A DNA stretch of 64,000 nucleotides from Eledone cirrhosa (taxonomy: Eukaryota). The stretch is from positions 51,398,001-51,462,000 of the forward strand of contig OZ024751.1 in the NCBI GenBank assembly GCA_964016885.1, given 5' to 3'. The notes below the pieces were generated by a model that was not told where the DNA came from, did not search any database, and saw only the letters and a program-made list of their open reading frames with translations. The first letter of the stretch is position 1; each line of letters starts with the position of its first letter. The position numbers were made by a program, and so were the translations under genes. Positions 1-15,011 of the stretch are shown one piece after another.

Positions 1-95
1 TTGTTCTTATTTAATGTAAGAGATCACTTCACTACTATAGCTATTATTATCACAATTATCATCATCAGTAGTAGTAGTAGTAGTAGTATTAGTGT

Positions 96-212
96 GGTGG
101 ATTGGCAGAGCCATTAAGGTGTCAGACAAATTGCTTTGCAAGCATCTAATCACATCTCTTTATATTCTGAGTTTGAATCCCACATTGAATCAGCTTTGCT
201 TTTCACCCTTTT
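96..212 (+). mobile_element. Diverged partial copy of tRNA-derived SINE family A
   Basis: gtggattggcag...gtcagaca...ttctgagtttgaatccc...ctttgcttttcacc aligns by eye with the family A copy at 17549-17740. Confidence 0.65.
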
Positions 213-430
213 AGGGTCTTCTTCTTTGCCCACTTATTCCAGCAGGTCCTGTCAGAAGCAACTGACTCCAACTGATCCGGCTGGATCTCCCAAGCGTGAC
301 CAGCCAAGCTCATGAATGTTATCCAACCATCTTGTTCAAGGTCTACTCCTGGGTCTCTTGCCGATTGGTTTTGCCCGTAAAATCTGTCCAGTGATTCTTT
401 CCTGAAACATTCTAACAACATGCCCATAAT
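213..430 (-). mobile_element. RTE-clade LINE ORF C-terminal remnant (frameshifted)
   Basis: Minus-strand frames give GKRPRSRP*TRWLDNIHELGWSRL and IQPDQLESVASDRTCW, matching the RTE C-terminal RGRP..RW...DR..W pattern. Confidence 0.7.
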
Positions 431-460
431 ATCAGAGTCAATAAATAAAATACTACTTAA

Positions 461-648
461 ATAATTGTTTCTACTTTTGGCACAAAGCCAGCAATTACTC
501 AGTGCATTACTGGTACTTTATTTTATCGACCCCGTAAGGATGAAAGGCAAAGTTAACCTCGGCAGGATTTGAACTCAGAATGACAAGGGCCATAACTCTA
601 TGCATCGAAGCATGGTGTCCGATGCTCTATTGATACTCCCAATACCAC
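461..648 (-). mobile_element. tRNA-derived SINE family A, near full length
   Basis: Minus strand has B-box GAGTTCAAATCC, core GCCTTTCATCCTTACGGGGTCGATAAAATAAAGTACCAG and 3' end GTAGAAACAATTAT; more than 10 copies in the window. Confidence 0.9.
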
Positions 649-949
649 TCAAATAATGGGGTTAATATAGTTCCCTACAATTATCTCATGATATATAAAA
701 ATTCCTAGAGGGAAAAAAAAAGCTAAAATGAATTAATTGAAAAGAGAAAATTCCAATATTTTGGGCAATCCAGATATTGGCCAAAACATTTCTTTCCCTC
801 TGAAAAAAGGATATTAGATTTTTCACATCTCAAGGAAAATGATCTCTCTTTAATTTATATATTTTCATCAGAAATTAAATTTTGTTGCCATAATCCACCA
901 CCAGGTTCCTTGGACTGTAAATCTTCCATGAAATTGTTTATCATGTGCC

Positions 950-1256
950 AATATATAAATACATATACATACACATATACACATGCACACACACATATTT
1001 ATATACACACATATATACATGCACACACACACACATATATACATGCACACACATACACACATAAATATATATATATATACACAAACACACACATATATAT
1101 ATACAATCATATACACACATATATATATACATATATATACAATCATATACACATACACACACATATATATATATACAATCATATATACACACACACACAT
1201 ATATATATATACAATCATATATACACACACACACATATATATATACACATCCACAC

Positions 1257-1303
<47 letters not shown>

Positions 1304-1376
1304 CACACACACTCACATATATATATTTCATTTCATTTTACGTCCGCTTTTCCCTGCTTGCAAGGGTGGGACTGGA

Positions 1377-1409
<33 letters not shown>

Positions 1410-1410
1410 A
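950..1410. repeat. (TA)/(CA) compound microsatellite containing a SINE B 3' tail fragment at about 1325-1375
   Basis: Direct reading; tttcattttacgtccgcttttccctgcttgcaagggtgggac matches the SINE B 3' end on the minus strand. Confidence 0.9.
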
Positions 1411-1735
1411 ACGCACACGTGTGTGTGTTATGTTTTCTTTCTTCTGAGATTTCATGTCTAGATATTGTCCTCCAAGTTTCCCCCTCAGATAATTAACTGC
1501 TATCATCTTCTCTGATGTATATTTACATTAAGAAAGTTGAGGGGAAGACAAAAACACAAAATGATATGGGGGGGGGGGATGTAGGGGCATGATGGAGAGG
1601 GGAGATGAGGGACTTGTTTAATCAATACACATGCCTATAGATTGCAGTATATATTGGTCATATAGGAACATAACATCAACCTATTGATTGTTTCAGCACC
1701 ACCCTCCTCTTCACCTCCCACACACTATTTTCATG

Positions 1736-1960
1736 TCACCACTACCACTACTACTATTATTACTAATTCTAATACTACTACCACGACAATTACTACTACT
1801 ACTACTACCACAACTACTACTATTTCAATTACTACTAATACTAATATTACCACCATGACTACCATTATTACTACTACTACTATTACGATCACCACCACCA
1901 CCACTACTATTATTACTAATTCTAATACTACCACTACGACTGCTACTACTACTACCTATC
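1736..1960. repeat. (ACT/ACC/ATT)n trinucleotide region
   Basis: Direct reading. Confidence 0.9.
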
Positions 1961-2137
1961 CTACACCTCCTCATCCTCTTTCCAAACTAGCCATACACAT
2001 CAGATGATACATCATTGTTGATGTACTTAGCCTAGCAACTCACCATCCACATCAATACAGCAGACATGATGACAACTAAATATATCAACAACTGACACAG
2101 CTGTTTACTTAAGTTTCATTTGTGTTATATTGTAGAA

Positions 2138-2295
2138 GTAGCATGGCCAAATAGTTAAGAAGTTTAACTTCGTAATCATTAGGTTCTGGGTTGAATCTTA
2201 CTGTGTGGTATCTAGGACAAATGTCATTTATTGTAGCTTCAGGTTGTCCTAAGTCTTGTGACTGAGATTGGGTCGAAGGAAACTGTATGGAAGCC
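2138..2295 (+). mobile_element. Old tRNA-derived SINE fragment
   Basis: Degenerate A-box (TGGCCAAATAGTTAAG) and B-box (GGGTTGAATC). Confidence 0.45.
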
Positions 2296-2511
2296 CGTCC
2301 AATGGACTATACATATAATTCAAAGGACCAATGGATGTTCATTCATAATATCATTGTTTTATGTCTATCTTTCCATAAGAGTTCAAATCCCAGCTCCTGT
2401 GAGGAGCTGTGGCCAGCAAGCTGTTCCATTGACAGAACCATTGGGACATTCATTGTTGAAACCAATGGATGTTCATTCATATCACTGTTTTATGTCTATC
2501 TTTCCATAAGA

Positions 2512-2735
2512 GGTGGTAAGGGTGTTGGACTTACAATCATATTGTCAATTCTTGGATTGGGTTGCATGTTGTGTTCCTGAGCAAAACACTTCATTTCATG
2601 TTGCTCCAGTATACTCAGCTGGAAATGAGTACCAGCAATAGCTGGAGGTTTAACCCTGCAATGGACTGGCGTCCTGTCCAGGGAGCATTCTTGTATTCTG
2701 TCACTTCACACCATGAAATTGAGATAAGCACCAGC
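2512..2735 (+). mobile_element. Diverged relative of SINE family B
   Basis: tgttgtgttcctgagcaaaacacttcatttcatgttgctccagtatactcagctggaaatgag matches the SINE B core. Confidence 0.7.
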
Positions 2736-3334
2736 CTAACAAGCTTTTTAAAAAAAAGTCTTGGCTTCAGTGAGACTTTAGACTTTTAGGTCTGGTAAAG
2801 TGTTGTGGCCAGCATGCTGTTCCATTGGAACATTCATTGTTGAAACTGATGGAGGTTCATGTTTTTTAGTTACATAAGAAAAGAGGAAGACAGAGAAGAA
2901 AGAAAAGAGTCTCATTGTTTGTGATTTAATCATTGTTTAGCTAAGTTATAATTAAAACAACACAACATAATGTAGATAATGAGCTAATAAGAGAAGATAA
3001 TGAGGAAGTAGGGATTGGAAAATAGGAAGTGTAAGAGAAAAGAATGTAATTGGTGGTGGTGGTGGTAGTGGTGGTGGTGTTGGTGATTGTGGGTGGTGGC
3101 GGTGGTGGCAGCGGTGATTATTATGATGGTGGTTGCGGTGATAGTGATGGTGGTGGTGGCAGGAGTGGCAGTGGTGGTGGTGGTGGGTGATGGTGGTGAT
3201 TGGTTTCAATAGTTGGTGGGGGTAGTGTTGGTGCTGCTGTTATTGTTGTTGGTGTTGCTGGTTGCAGTGGTGATGTTGGTGTTGTTGCTGATATAGATGT
3301 TATTGATGGCTACAATAAAATGATTTTCTCAAAA

Positions 3335-3792
3335 ATGAAAGTGGGCTGAAAAGTTGTTAGGCTGACTATTAAGAAGTGATGCTAGAGCTGTGAAATCTTG
3401 CATGCATTAATTTCAACTCTTTTTATTAATAACTGTATTTTTTTATTCAAGGTAAACTCACATCTGACTTTTCAAAGAAGACTTCAAAAGTAACTGCAAA
3501 CGACTTCTCTTGAAAATGGACCAAATTTGGCATTGTGGTCTTATCAAGTACTGCCAGAAAAAGAATTTAGCCCTCGGGGACATTCATGCTGTTAAGGTTG
3601 CTACATTAGGGGATGACACTCCAGCTTTATCAACAGTGCAACCCTGGGAAGTTGAATTTAGGAGAGGAAGGGGGAGTCTTGAAGATGACCCCCTGGTATA
3701 AATATCCTGCAACTGTCACCACTGAGGAAAACATGTGTTCACCACATGGTGATGGATGACAGGCAATTGACTATAAATCAAATAGCCAATAC
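3335..3792 (+). mobile_element. Mariner transposon 5' fragment (TIR-like start plus degenerate transposase HTH region)
   Basis: MDQIWHCGLIKYCQKKNLALGDIHAVKVATLGDDTPALSTVQPWEVEFRRGRGSLEDDP...HHMVMDDRQLTINQIAN has the mariner N-terminal F..GR.SLEDD.R.GRP and DRR.T...IA pattern; truncated by (TACA)n. Confidence 0.85.
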
Positions 3793-3840
3793 TACCTACC
3801 TACCTACCTACCTACATACATACATACATACATACATACA

Positions 3841-3871
<31 letters not shown>

Positions 3872-3900
3872 CATACATACATACATACATACATACATAC

Positions 3901-4510
3901 ATGGTGGCTGCCAACTCGTTTTCGAGTACGGCCACTACTTTATATCCATGTAGGAGAACCCTCACCAATGCGCTGAACGAGTGTGACTTTTTAGTCCAGC
4001 CAGCGACTTGAAAACTCTGGTACAAACACTACACTTGCGACAATTATTGACACATAGTACTGGGCCCATGGTACCATGTGACAAGTGCAGAGATATCTCT
4101 AGATATAAAGCAATGCCTGTGCCGTGAAGCTTTTATAGTGAGCAAAGGCACTGCACAAAGCCAGTCCCACTCTCTTAACCAAGATGATATTTACCAAAAA
4201 GAAGAACAAGTCAACATCATTGGATACCATCAGGGTTGCAGGTGTTATATCAGAGTATTCCTTCTCCTAGAATTCTGCCTTGACAAAGGCTAAGGGGTCA
4301 TCTCTCCCGGTGATTTTTGATGGCCATTGACTCTGAAGAGCTCCTTTGCCCTTTGATAGGTTTTGTTTTTAGTCCTGCAGGATGTCCAAAGTCACCCTCC
4401 TCACCAAGTAACCTTGGTAGGGTTGCCAGTTTAGTCGCCAACGACCCGACCATGGGACAGGTTGTACTGGGATACATGTTACCAGTAGCACCAACTGGTG
4501 ACCTGACATG
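3901..4510 (-). mobile_element. Non-autonomous dispersed element of about 600 bp, probably RTE-derived; homologous to 35519-36049
   Basis: Same termini in both copies (ATGTCAGGTC...GCAGCCAYCAT) and colinear internal similarity; flanked on both sides by (TACA)n. Confidence 0.75.
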
Positions 4511-4829
4511 TACATACATACATACATACATACATACATACATACATACATACATACATACATACATACATACATACATACATACATGTATGTATGTATG
4601 CTTGGTGTGATTTAAGTAATATGGATTTGTTTGTAACAAAAAAATTATAAAACATAAAAACAACAAGAGTAGCAGACTCCAAGAGTAAGAAGAATTTCAA
4701 AATTGGTAAGGCAGAATCTCTAATTATAGACAGTATGTAGAACTAGAATCATATCACTGCTCCAAAATAGTTTTAGAATTAATTTTACTTTTGCTTATCG
4801 ATATGTTTGAATAATAATTTAGGACACTA

Positions 4830-5105
4830 TTGAAGGAGACAAAAGCCTTAAGGGAATATTCTATAGAATTCTTCAAAATTCTTCAGAATAAAACTCTTTA
4901 TGCCAGATATTTTACCAATCCCTCCTCGTTTGATAGATTAGTGTAATTGAGAAATCGTTTGTGAGATTCTAAGGTATATTTGTGAGAACAGGAAAAGGGT
5001 CTGAGGCAATGTTCATTGTGAGCAAAGATCTAATTGTAGAGTACAATGTTCGTTGGTGCTTTTATCAAACTTTCTAACAAGAAAATAATTTCAAATTCAT
5101 GTTTT
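4830..5105 (+). mobile_element. Possible degenerate Penelope-like RT/GIY-YIG linker fragment
   Basis: Broken frames give ILQNK.L..QIF...P...LRNRL.DSK followed by Cys-containing sequence, resembling the Penelope ILQ.D..L..IF..PP....RR..NLR..LV.SK linker. Confidence 0.4.
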
Positions 5106-5834
5106 ATGGTCCGTTTCTGCTCCTAGCATTACCAGTTCTCGCTAGTATTACCCTTCTCCTCTTCATCTCTTTCTGTTCCTCTTTCACTTACTTTGTCACT
5201 TTCTATCTCTGTCTCCCCTTCTCTCTCTTCCTGTCTCTTGCTCTCTATCCCTTTCTTTTTCTCCCATGTTCTCTCCCTCTCTCATTACTTCATCCTTTCT
5301 TCCTCTTTCTCTCTCTTGTCTTTCTATACTCCATTTCTATCTCCCACTCATCATCTCTTCCCTACTACTATCTCTATCTTTTTTTTGTTCTACACTCTCC
5401 CCCTCTCTCATTACTTCTACACTCCCTCCTCTGGTATCTCCCTCTCACAGTTGTCTACCCACACCTATCACCTCTTTCCCCGTGACTCACACTCTCTCTC
5501 TCCATCTTATTTAAAGGGAAACTATATAAAACTATGACATCCACGTGTTCCTCAAGACCCTTGACAGCAGTCTTAACTATGTGCAGCAAAATCAGTCTAA
5601 CTATCACTGGAATATGAAGGAATCACAGCTCCACATCATGGCGACCTTATACATTCCTCTGCAAAGTTGCTCCATCAAGTATACTTACCATGAAAGATAA
5701 ATCACATTTCAATTACACACAAACAGATGTTGTAAACATACAAATAAATGAATATATTAATAAACAAATATCTTATCTTTATCTAGCTATCCCCATCTCT
5801 CTCTCTCTCTCTCTCACCATATATATATATATAC

Positions 5835-6030
5835 CTTATACATTATATAAATATTTTACAAATGTGTGTATATATATATATTATATAGATATTTTACAGA
5901 TGTGTATATATATATATACAATCATATATACAAGCATATATACATCATATAAATATTTTACAGATGTATATATATATATATATATATACAAGCATATATA
6001 TATTATAGAAATATTTTACAGATGTATATG

Positions 6031-6062
<32 letters not shown>

Positions 6063-6167
6063 CAAGCATATATATATTATATAAATATTTTACAGATGTA
6101 TATATATATAAATATATATATATATATACAAGCATATATATATTATAGAAATATTTTACAGATGTAT

Positions 6168-6200
<33 letters not shown>

Positions 6201-6245
6201 CAAGCATATATATATTATATAAATATTTTACAGATGTATATATAT
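5835..6245. repeat. AT-rich minisatellite (tacaagcatatatatattatagaaatattttacagatg plus (TA)n)
   Basis: About 7 recurrences of attttacagatgt. Confidence 0.85.
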
Positions 6246-6567
6246 AAAATATAGAAATTTACATATATATATTCCAAATATAGACATATACACATATTAA
6301 ATATATATTTCATCAAAACAGTTTTCCTTGTTTGTTGTTGTTTTTATTGCTTCTTATTTAAAATTCACTTCCATTTTATTCTTCTATTCACTTCTGTTAT
6401 TTTTTTCTTCTTCTTCCGCAAGATTTGGATTATTTCTCATAATAGCAGCAAAGTTGTCGCCCCAAAGCAATCTTAAGCCGCCTCTTGTAACAACAGCTGT
6501 TTCACCATTCCGACGCTGTGCCAATATCAATTAATTTTTCATAGACATGTTATTTTTAATGTATTTA

Positions 6568-7030
6568 TCCAACCAACCAGCCAGCTGGTCATCTAGCCGG
6601 CAAGCCAGTCAGCCAGCAAGTCAATCAGCTAGCTAACCAGCCAGCCAACCACCCATCCAGCCAACCAATCAACCAACCAATCAACCAACCAACCAGCCAA
6701 CCAGCCAACCAGTCAACCAGCCAACCTAGTCAACCAGTCAACCAGTCAACCAGTCAACCTAGTCAACCAGTCAACCAGTCAACCAGTCAACCAGCCAACC
6801 TAGTCAACCAGCCAACCTAGTCAACCAGTCAACCAGTCAACCAGTCAACCAGCCAACCTAGTCAACCAGTCAACCAGTCAACCAGTCAGCCAGCCATCCA
6901 TCCAGCCAACCAGCCAACCAGCCAACCAACCAATCAACCAACCAACCAGCCAGCCAGCCAACCAGCCAACTAGCCAACCAGCCAGCCAACCAGCCAGCCA
7001 ACTAGCCATCCAGCCAACCAGCCAGCCAAA
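6568..7030. repeat. (CCAA/CCAG/TCAA)n tetranucleotide-derived array
   Basis: Direct reading. Confidence 0.9.
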
Positions 7031-7109
7031 CTGGTAACTACCCCCCCCCCCTTATCTATCCATTCACAAACGTTCCCCCCAAACAACCATTGTCACAACA
7101 CTCTCAATA

Positions 7110-7930
7110 TCACCATCAAAACAACCACTACCACCACTACCACCACTACTACCACCAGTTCCATCAACACCACCATCAACATCAACAACACCACCACCAC
7201 AATAACTTCTATCAACAACACCACTACTGCAGCCAACACCACACCATCACTAACACAACACTAACAACAACAACCAACATAACAAAACACCATCACCAAC
7301 GTGACACTAACAACAACCACTCAATGCAACCAATACCACCACAACAACAACAACAACAACAGCATCATCATCGCTATCACCATCAGCACCATCAACAACA
7401 ACAACGCCAGCAGCTTCATCTCAAGTACCACCAACACCACCAACACCCCTACCAGTATCACCAGCAGCACTAACACCAACAATAGCAACACCATCACTTC
7501 CTGCACCCCCCCCCCCACCACCACCACCACTGCCATCACCACCACCACCTAGAATAACAACAGCATCATCAACTTCCACCACCCCAACCCCATCACCACC
7601 ACCACCACCACTGCCATAACCACCACCACCTAGAATAACAACATCATCACCATCAACTTCCACCACCCCATCACCACGACCACCATCACCACCACCACCA
7701 CCACCAACAATAACAACATCATCACCACCACCATCACCACCACCACCACCACAGCCATAACCACCACCACCACCACCACCACCAACACCACTGCCATAAC
7801 CACCACCACCACCACCACCACCAACACCACTGCCATAACCACCACCACCACCAACAATAACAACATCATCACCACCACCATCACCACCACCAACACCACT
7901 GCCATAACCACCACCACCACTGCCACCACA
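7110..7930. repeat. (CAC/CAA/CAT)n low-complexity region
   Basis: Direct reading. Confidence 0.85.
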
Positions 7931-8059
7931 TCTCATCAGTTGCTATCTATATCTTATACACCACTTCATCTGTGTCTAACCTCTCCCTCCCCCTCTCTCA
8001 TTCTCCTCAATGCACTCTCACCTCAACTCTATTGATTGTCCATGTGTTCAAGTATAAAC

Positions 8060-8090
<31 letters not shown>

Positions 8091-8123
8091 GATACACATA
8101 TAGATAGATATATACACACACAC

Positions 8124-8181
<58 letters not shown>

Positions 8182-8343
8182 CATATACATACATACATAT
8201 ATATGTGTGAGTTTGTCTGTGTATGTATGTGTTTGTATATGTATGTATACATATTATATATGAACATATGTATGTATATTTCATATCAAACAATGAAAAA
8301 CAACAAACAAGATTTACCAGCTGAACATGAGATAAGTATTCAC

Positions 8344-8390
<47 letters not shown>

Positions 8391-8479
8391 CTATCATCCC
8401 CATCATCACCATCATCGTCAACACTACTGCTATAATAATCATCGTCTTTGGTGTTGTTGAAACTGTCATCTTCATTAGT

Positions 8480-11400
8480 ACACTACCACTATCATCATCA
8501 TCCCTACCACCACCACCCCTACCACTATCATCATCATCACTACCACCACCACCCCTACCACTATCATCATCATCCCTACCACCACCACCCCTACCACTAT
8601 CATCATCATCACTACCACCACCACCCCTACCACTATCATCATCATCACTACCACCACCACCCCTACCACTATCATCATCATCCCTACCACCACCACCCCT
8701 ACCACTATCATCATCATCACTACCACCACCACCCCTACCACTATCATCATCATCACTACCACCACCACCCCTACCACTATCATCATCAACACTACCACCA
8801 CCACCCCTACCACTATCATCATCAACACTACCACCACCACCACCCCTACCACTATCATCATCAACCCTACCACCACCACCCCTACCACTATCATCATCAT
8901 CCCTACCACCACCACCCCTACCACTATCATCATCATCACTACCACCACCACCCCTACCACTATCATCATCATCACTACCACCACCACCCCTACCACTATC
9001 ATCATCAACACTACCACCACCACCCCTACCACTATCATCATCATCACTACCACCACCACCCCTACCACTATCATCATCATCCCTACCACCACCACCACCC
9101 CTACCACTATCATCATCAACCCTACCACCACCACCCCTACCACTATCATCATCATCACTACCACCACCTACCACACCCCCCTACCACTATCATCATCAAC
9201 CCTACCACCACCACCCTACCACTATCATCATCACACTACACCACCACCACCCTACCACTATCATCATCAACCCTACACCACCACCCCTACCACTATCATC
9301 ATCAACACTACCACCACCACCCCTACCACTATCATCATCAACACTACCACCACCACCCCTAACACTATCATCATCAACACTACCACCACCACCCTACCAC
9401 TATCATCATCATCCCTACCACCACCACCCCTACCACTATCATCATCATCACTACCACCACCACCCTACCACTATCAACATCACACTACCACCACTCACCC
9501 CTACCACTATCATCATCAACTACCACCAACACCACCACCCCTACCACTATCATCATCAACCCTACCACCACCACCCCTACCACTAATCATCATCATCACT
9601 ACCACACCACCCCTACCACTATCATCATCACTACTCACCACCACCACCCCTACCTATATCATCATCACTACTACCACCACCACACCCCTACCACTATCAT
9701 CATCAACACTACCACCACCACCCTACCACTATCATCATCAACACTACCACCACCACCCCTACCACTATCATCATCAACACTACCACCACCACCCCTACCA
9801 CTTAATCAGCATCACTACACACCTACCACCACCACCCTACCACTATCATCATCATCACTACCACCACCACCCCTACCACTACTCATCATCATCACTACCA
9901 CCACCACCACCACCCCTACCACTATCATCATCAACCCTACCACCACCACCCCTACACTATCATCATCAACCCTACACCACCACCCCTACCACTATCATCA
10001 TCAACACTACCACCACCCCTACCACTATCATCATCATCACTACCACCACCCCCTACCACTATCATCATCATCACTACCACCACCACCCCTACCACTATCA
10101 TCATCATCCCTACCACCACCACCCCTACCACTATCATCATCAATCACTACCACCACCACCCCTACCACTATCATCATCATCACTACCACCACCACCCCTA
10201 CCACTATCATCATCACACTACCACCACCACCCCTACCACTATCATCTCAACCTACACACCACCCTACCACTATCATCATCATCCCTACCACCACCACCCC
10301 TACCACTATCATCATCATCACTACCACCACACCCTAACACTATCATCATCATCACTACCACCACCACCCCTACCACTATCATCATCACTACCACCACCAC
10401 CACCACCCCTACCACTATCATCATCAACCCTACCACCACCACCCCTACCACTATCATCATCAACACTACCACCACCACCCCTACCACTATCATCATCAAC
10501 CCTACCACCACCACCCCTACCACTATCATCATCAACACTACCACCACCACCCCTACCACTATCATCATCATCACTACCACCACCACCCCTACCACTATCA
10601 TCATCAACACTACCACCACCACCACCCCTACCACTATCATCATCATCACTACCACCACCACCCCTACCACTATCATCATCACTACCACCACCACCACCAC
10701 CCCTACCACTATCATCATCAACCCTACCACCACCACCCCTACCACTATCATCATCAACACTACCACCACCACCCCTACCACTATCATCATCATCCCTACC
10801 ACCACCACCCCTACCACTATCATCATCAACACTACCACCACCACCCCTACCACTATCTCATCATCACTACCACCACCACCCCTACCACTATCATCATCAT
10901 CACTACCACCACCACCCCTACCACTATCATCATCACTACCACCACCACCACCACCCCTACCACTATCATCATCAACCCTACCACCACCACCCCTACCACT
11001 ATCAGCATCAACACTCCCACCACCACCCCTACCACTATCATCATCAACCCTACCACCACCACCCCTACCACTATCATCATCAACACTACCACCCACCACC
11101 CCTACCACTATCATCATCATCACTACCACCACCACCCCTACCACTATCATCATCACTACCACCACCACCACCACCCCTACCACTATCATCATCAACCCTA
11201 CCACCACCACCCCTACCACTATCATCATCAACACTACCACCACCACCCCTACCACTATCATCATCAACACTACCACCACCACCACCACTACCACTATCAT
11301 CATCAACCCTACCACCACCACCCCTACCACTATCATCATCAACCCTACCACCACCACCCCTACCACTATCATCATCACACTACCACCACCACCACCCCTA

Positions 11401-14400
11401 CACTATCATCATCAACCTACCACCACCACCCCTACCAACTATCCTCATCACTACACTACCACCACCCTACCACTATCATCATCATCACTACCACCACCAC
11501 CCCTACCACTATCATCATCATCACTACCACCACCACCACCACCCTACCACTATCATCATCATCACTACCACCACCACCCCTACCACTATCATCATCAACC
11601 CTACCACCACCACCCCTACCACTATCATCATCACTACCACCACCACCCCTACCACTATCATCATCATCACTACCACCAACCACCCCTACCACTATCATCA
11701 TCATCACTACCACCACCACCCCTACCACTATCATCATCACTACCACCACCACCACCACCCCTACCACTATCATCATCACTACCACCACCACCACCACCCC
11801 TACCACTATCATCATCATCACTACCACCACCACCCCTACCACTATCATCATCACTACCACACACCACCACCCCCTACCACTATCATCATCACTACCACCA
11901 CCACCACCACCCCTACCACTATCATCATCACTACCACCACACCACCACCCCTACCACTATCATCATCACTACCACCACCACCACCACCCCTACCACTATC
12001 ATCATCACTACCACCACCACCACCACCCCTACCACTATCATCATCAACCCTACCACCACCACCCCTACCAATATCATCATCAACCCTACCACCACCACCC
12101 TACCACTATCATCATCACTACCACCACCACCCCTACCACTATCATCATCATCACTACCACCACCACCCCTACCACTATCATCATCATCACTACCACCACC
12201 ACCCCTACCACTATCATCATCACTACCACCACCACCACCACCCTACCACTATCATCATCACTACCACCACCACCACCACCCCTACCACTATCATCATCAT
12301 CACTACCACCACCACCCCTACCACTATCATCATCACTACCACCACCACCACCACCCCTACCACTATCATCATCATCACTACCACCACCACCCCTACCACT
12401 ATCATCATCACTACACCACCACCACCACCACCCCTACCACTATCATCATCACTACCACCACCACCACCACCCCTACCACTATCATCATCATCACTACCAC
12501 CACCACCCCTACCACTATCATCATCACTACCACCACCACCACCACCCCTACCACTATCATCATCATCACTACCACCACCACCCCTACCACTATCATCATC
12601 ACTACCACCACCACCACCACCCCTACCACTATCATCATCACTACCACCACCACCACCCCTACCACTATCATCATCAACACTACCACCAGCACCACCACCC
12701 CTACCACTATCATCATCAACACTACCACCAGCACCACCACCCCTACCACTATCATCATCACTACCACCACCACCACCCCTACCACTATCATCATCAACAC
12801 TACCACCACCACCCCTACCACTATCATCATCACTACCACCACCACCACCACCCCTACCACTATCATCAACACTACCACCAGCACCACCACCCCTACCACT
12901 ATCATCATCAACACTACCACCACCACCCCTACCACTATCATCATCAACCCTACCACCACCACCCCTACCACTATCATCATCAACACTACCACCACCACCC
13001 CTACCACTATCATCAACACTACCACCACCACCACCACCCCTACCACTATCATCATCACTACCACCAGCACCACCACCACCACCACTATCATCATCACTAC
13101 CACCACCACCACCACCCCTACCACTATCATCATCAACACTACCACCACCACCCCTACCACTATCATCAACACTACCACCACCACCACCACCCCTACCACT
13201 ATCATCATCACTACCACCACCACCACCCCTACCACTATCATCATCAACACTACCACCAGCACCACCACCCCTACCACTATCATCATCACTACCACCACCA
13301 CCACCACCCCTACCACTATCATCATCACTACCACCACCACCACCACCACCCCTACCACTATCATCATCAACCCTACCACCACCACCCCTACCACTATCAT
13401 CATCAACACTACCACCACCACCACTACCACTATCATCATCACTACCACCACCACCACCACCCCTACCACTATCATCAACACTACCACCACCACCCCTACC
13501 ACTATCATCAACACTACCACTACCAGCACCACCCCTACCACTATCATAATCACTACCACCAGCACCACCACCACCACCACTATCATCATCACTACCACCA
13601 ACACCACCATCCCTACCACTATCATCATCACTACCACCACCACCACCACCCCTACCACTATCATCATCACTACCAGCAGCACCACCACCACCACCACTAT
13701 CATCAACACTACCACCACCACCACCACCCCTACCACTATCATCATCACTACCAGCAGCACCACCACCCCTACCACTATCATCATCACTACCACCAGCACC
13801 ACCACCCCTACCACTATCATCATCACTACCACCAGCACCTCTACCACCCCTACCACTATCATCATCACTACCACCACCACCACCACCCCTACCACTATCA
13901 TCAACACTACCACCACCACCACCACCCCTACCACTATCATCATCACTACCACCAGCACCACCACCCCTACCACTATCATCATCACTACCACCAGCACCTC
14001 TACCACCCCTACCACTATCATCATCACTACCACCACCACCACCACCCCTACCACTATCATCAACACTACCACCACCACCACCACCCCTACCACTATCATC
14101 AACACTACCACCACCACCACCACCCCTACCACTATCATCATCACTACCACCACCACCACCCCTACCACTATCATCATCACTACCAGCAGCACCACCACCC
14201 CTACCACTATCATCATCACTACCACCAGCACCTCTACCACCCCTACCACTATCATCATCACTACCACCAGCACCTCTACCACCCCTACCACTATCATCAT
14301 CACTACCACCAGCACCTCTACCACCCCTACCACTATCATCATCACTACCACCAGCACCACCACCACCACCATCATGAATCCTAACCATGCCACCACTATC
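8480..14400. repeat. About 5.9-kb minisatellite, 30-33 bp unit (ccaccacccctaccactatcatcatcatcacta)
   Basis: Continuous array; the long Gly/Asp/Ser, His/Tyr and Val/Met ORFs are its translations. Confidence 0.95.
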
Positions 14401-14699
14401 ATCATTATTACTACCACCATAATCATCATTATCCCCCACTCTTATATAAACAATAAAAGTGCACCAGTGTCAACAAGAACTGCTTGTCAGTTGACCTTCT
14501 AGAAATAGCAGCTAAATTTCTCTAAAATTATGCCTTACCATCTTAAAGAAACAAAGGACATATTGGTCATTATTCTGAGTGCTCATGAGCTTCAGAAGAT
14601 GCAGGTATAATTCCTCACAGCCATTAACTAGTTTAATATCAATTGAGAATCCTTAGACTGAGTGTTTTAGTAATAACAGTTATATATAGATATGTATAT

Positions 14700-14930
14700 A
14701 TGTACAAGGTAAACAGAAATAAGAAAGCAAACAACACTGAACAATGAAGAAATATATTAGTTTAACACTTGAAATAGCAGGAAGAGAGTCTTAAAGTTTC
14801 GGACCCTTGTCTTTCATCAGAAGTTAGAAATAGAAGATAAATAGAAAGAAAAGGGTGAGACGAGGAAGGAACAGGGAAAATGAGGAAAAAAACGGGGAGA
14901 AAAAACACACGTGCATATTCAGTCAGCCAT
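14700..14930 (-). mobile_element. Hammerhead-bearing short element (HHR family 2, Penelope pLTR-like)
   Basis: Minus strand: ATGGCTGACTGAAT, pyrimidine tract, CTGATGAAAGACAAGGGTCCGAAACTTTAAGA, then TTATTTCTGTTTACC; homologues at 26278, 39100, 56025 and 62025. Confidence 0.75.
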
Positions 14931-15011
14931 CTTGAAGATTTGACCATTGGCCCAGGATGTGGATGAATGTGGGAAGGAAGTTTCGTTTTTTTTTTTTTTT
15001 ATGTAGAGAGA

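Noticed and set aside
8314-14439. Long ORFs of 286-738 aa (Gly/Asp/Ser-, His/Tyr- and Val-rich)
   Set aside because: They are translations of a triplet-based minisatellite, open in several frames on both strands, with no unique coding flanks
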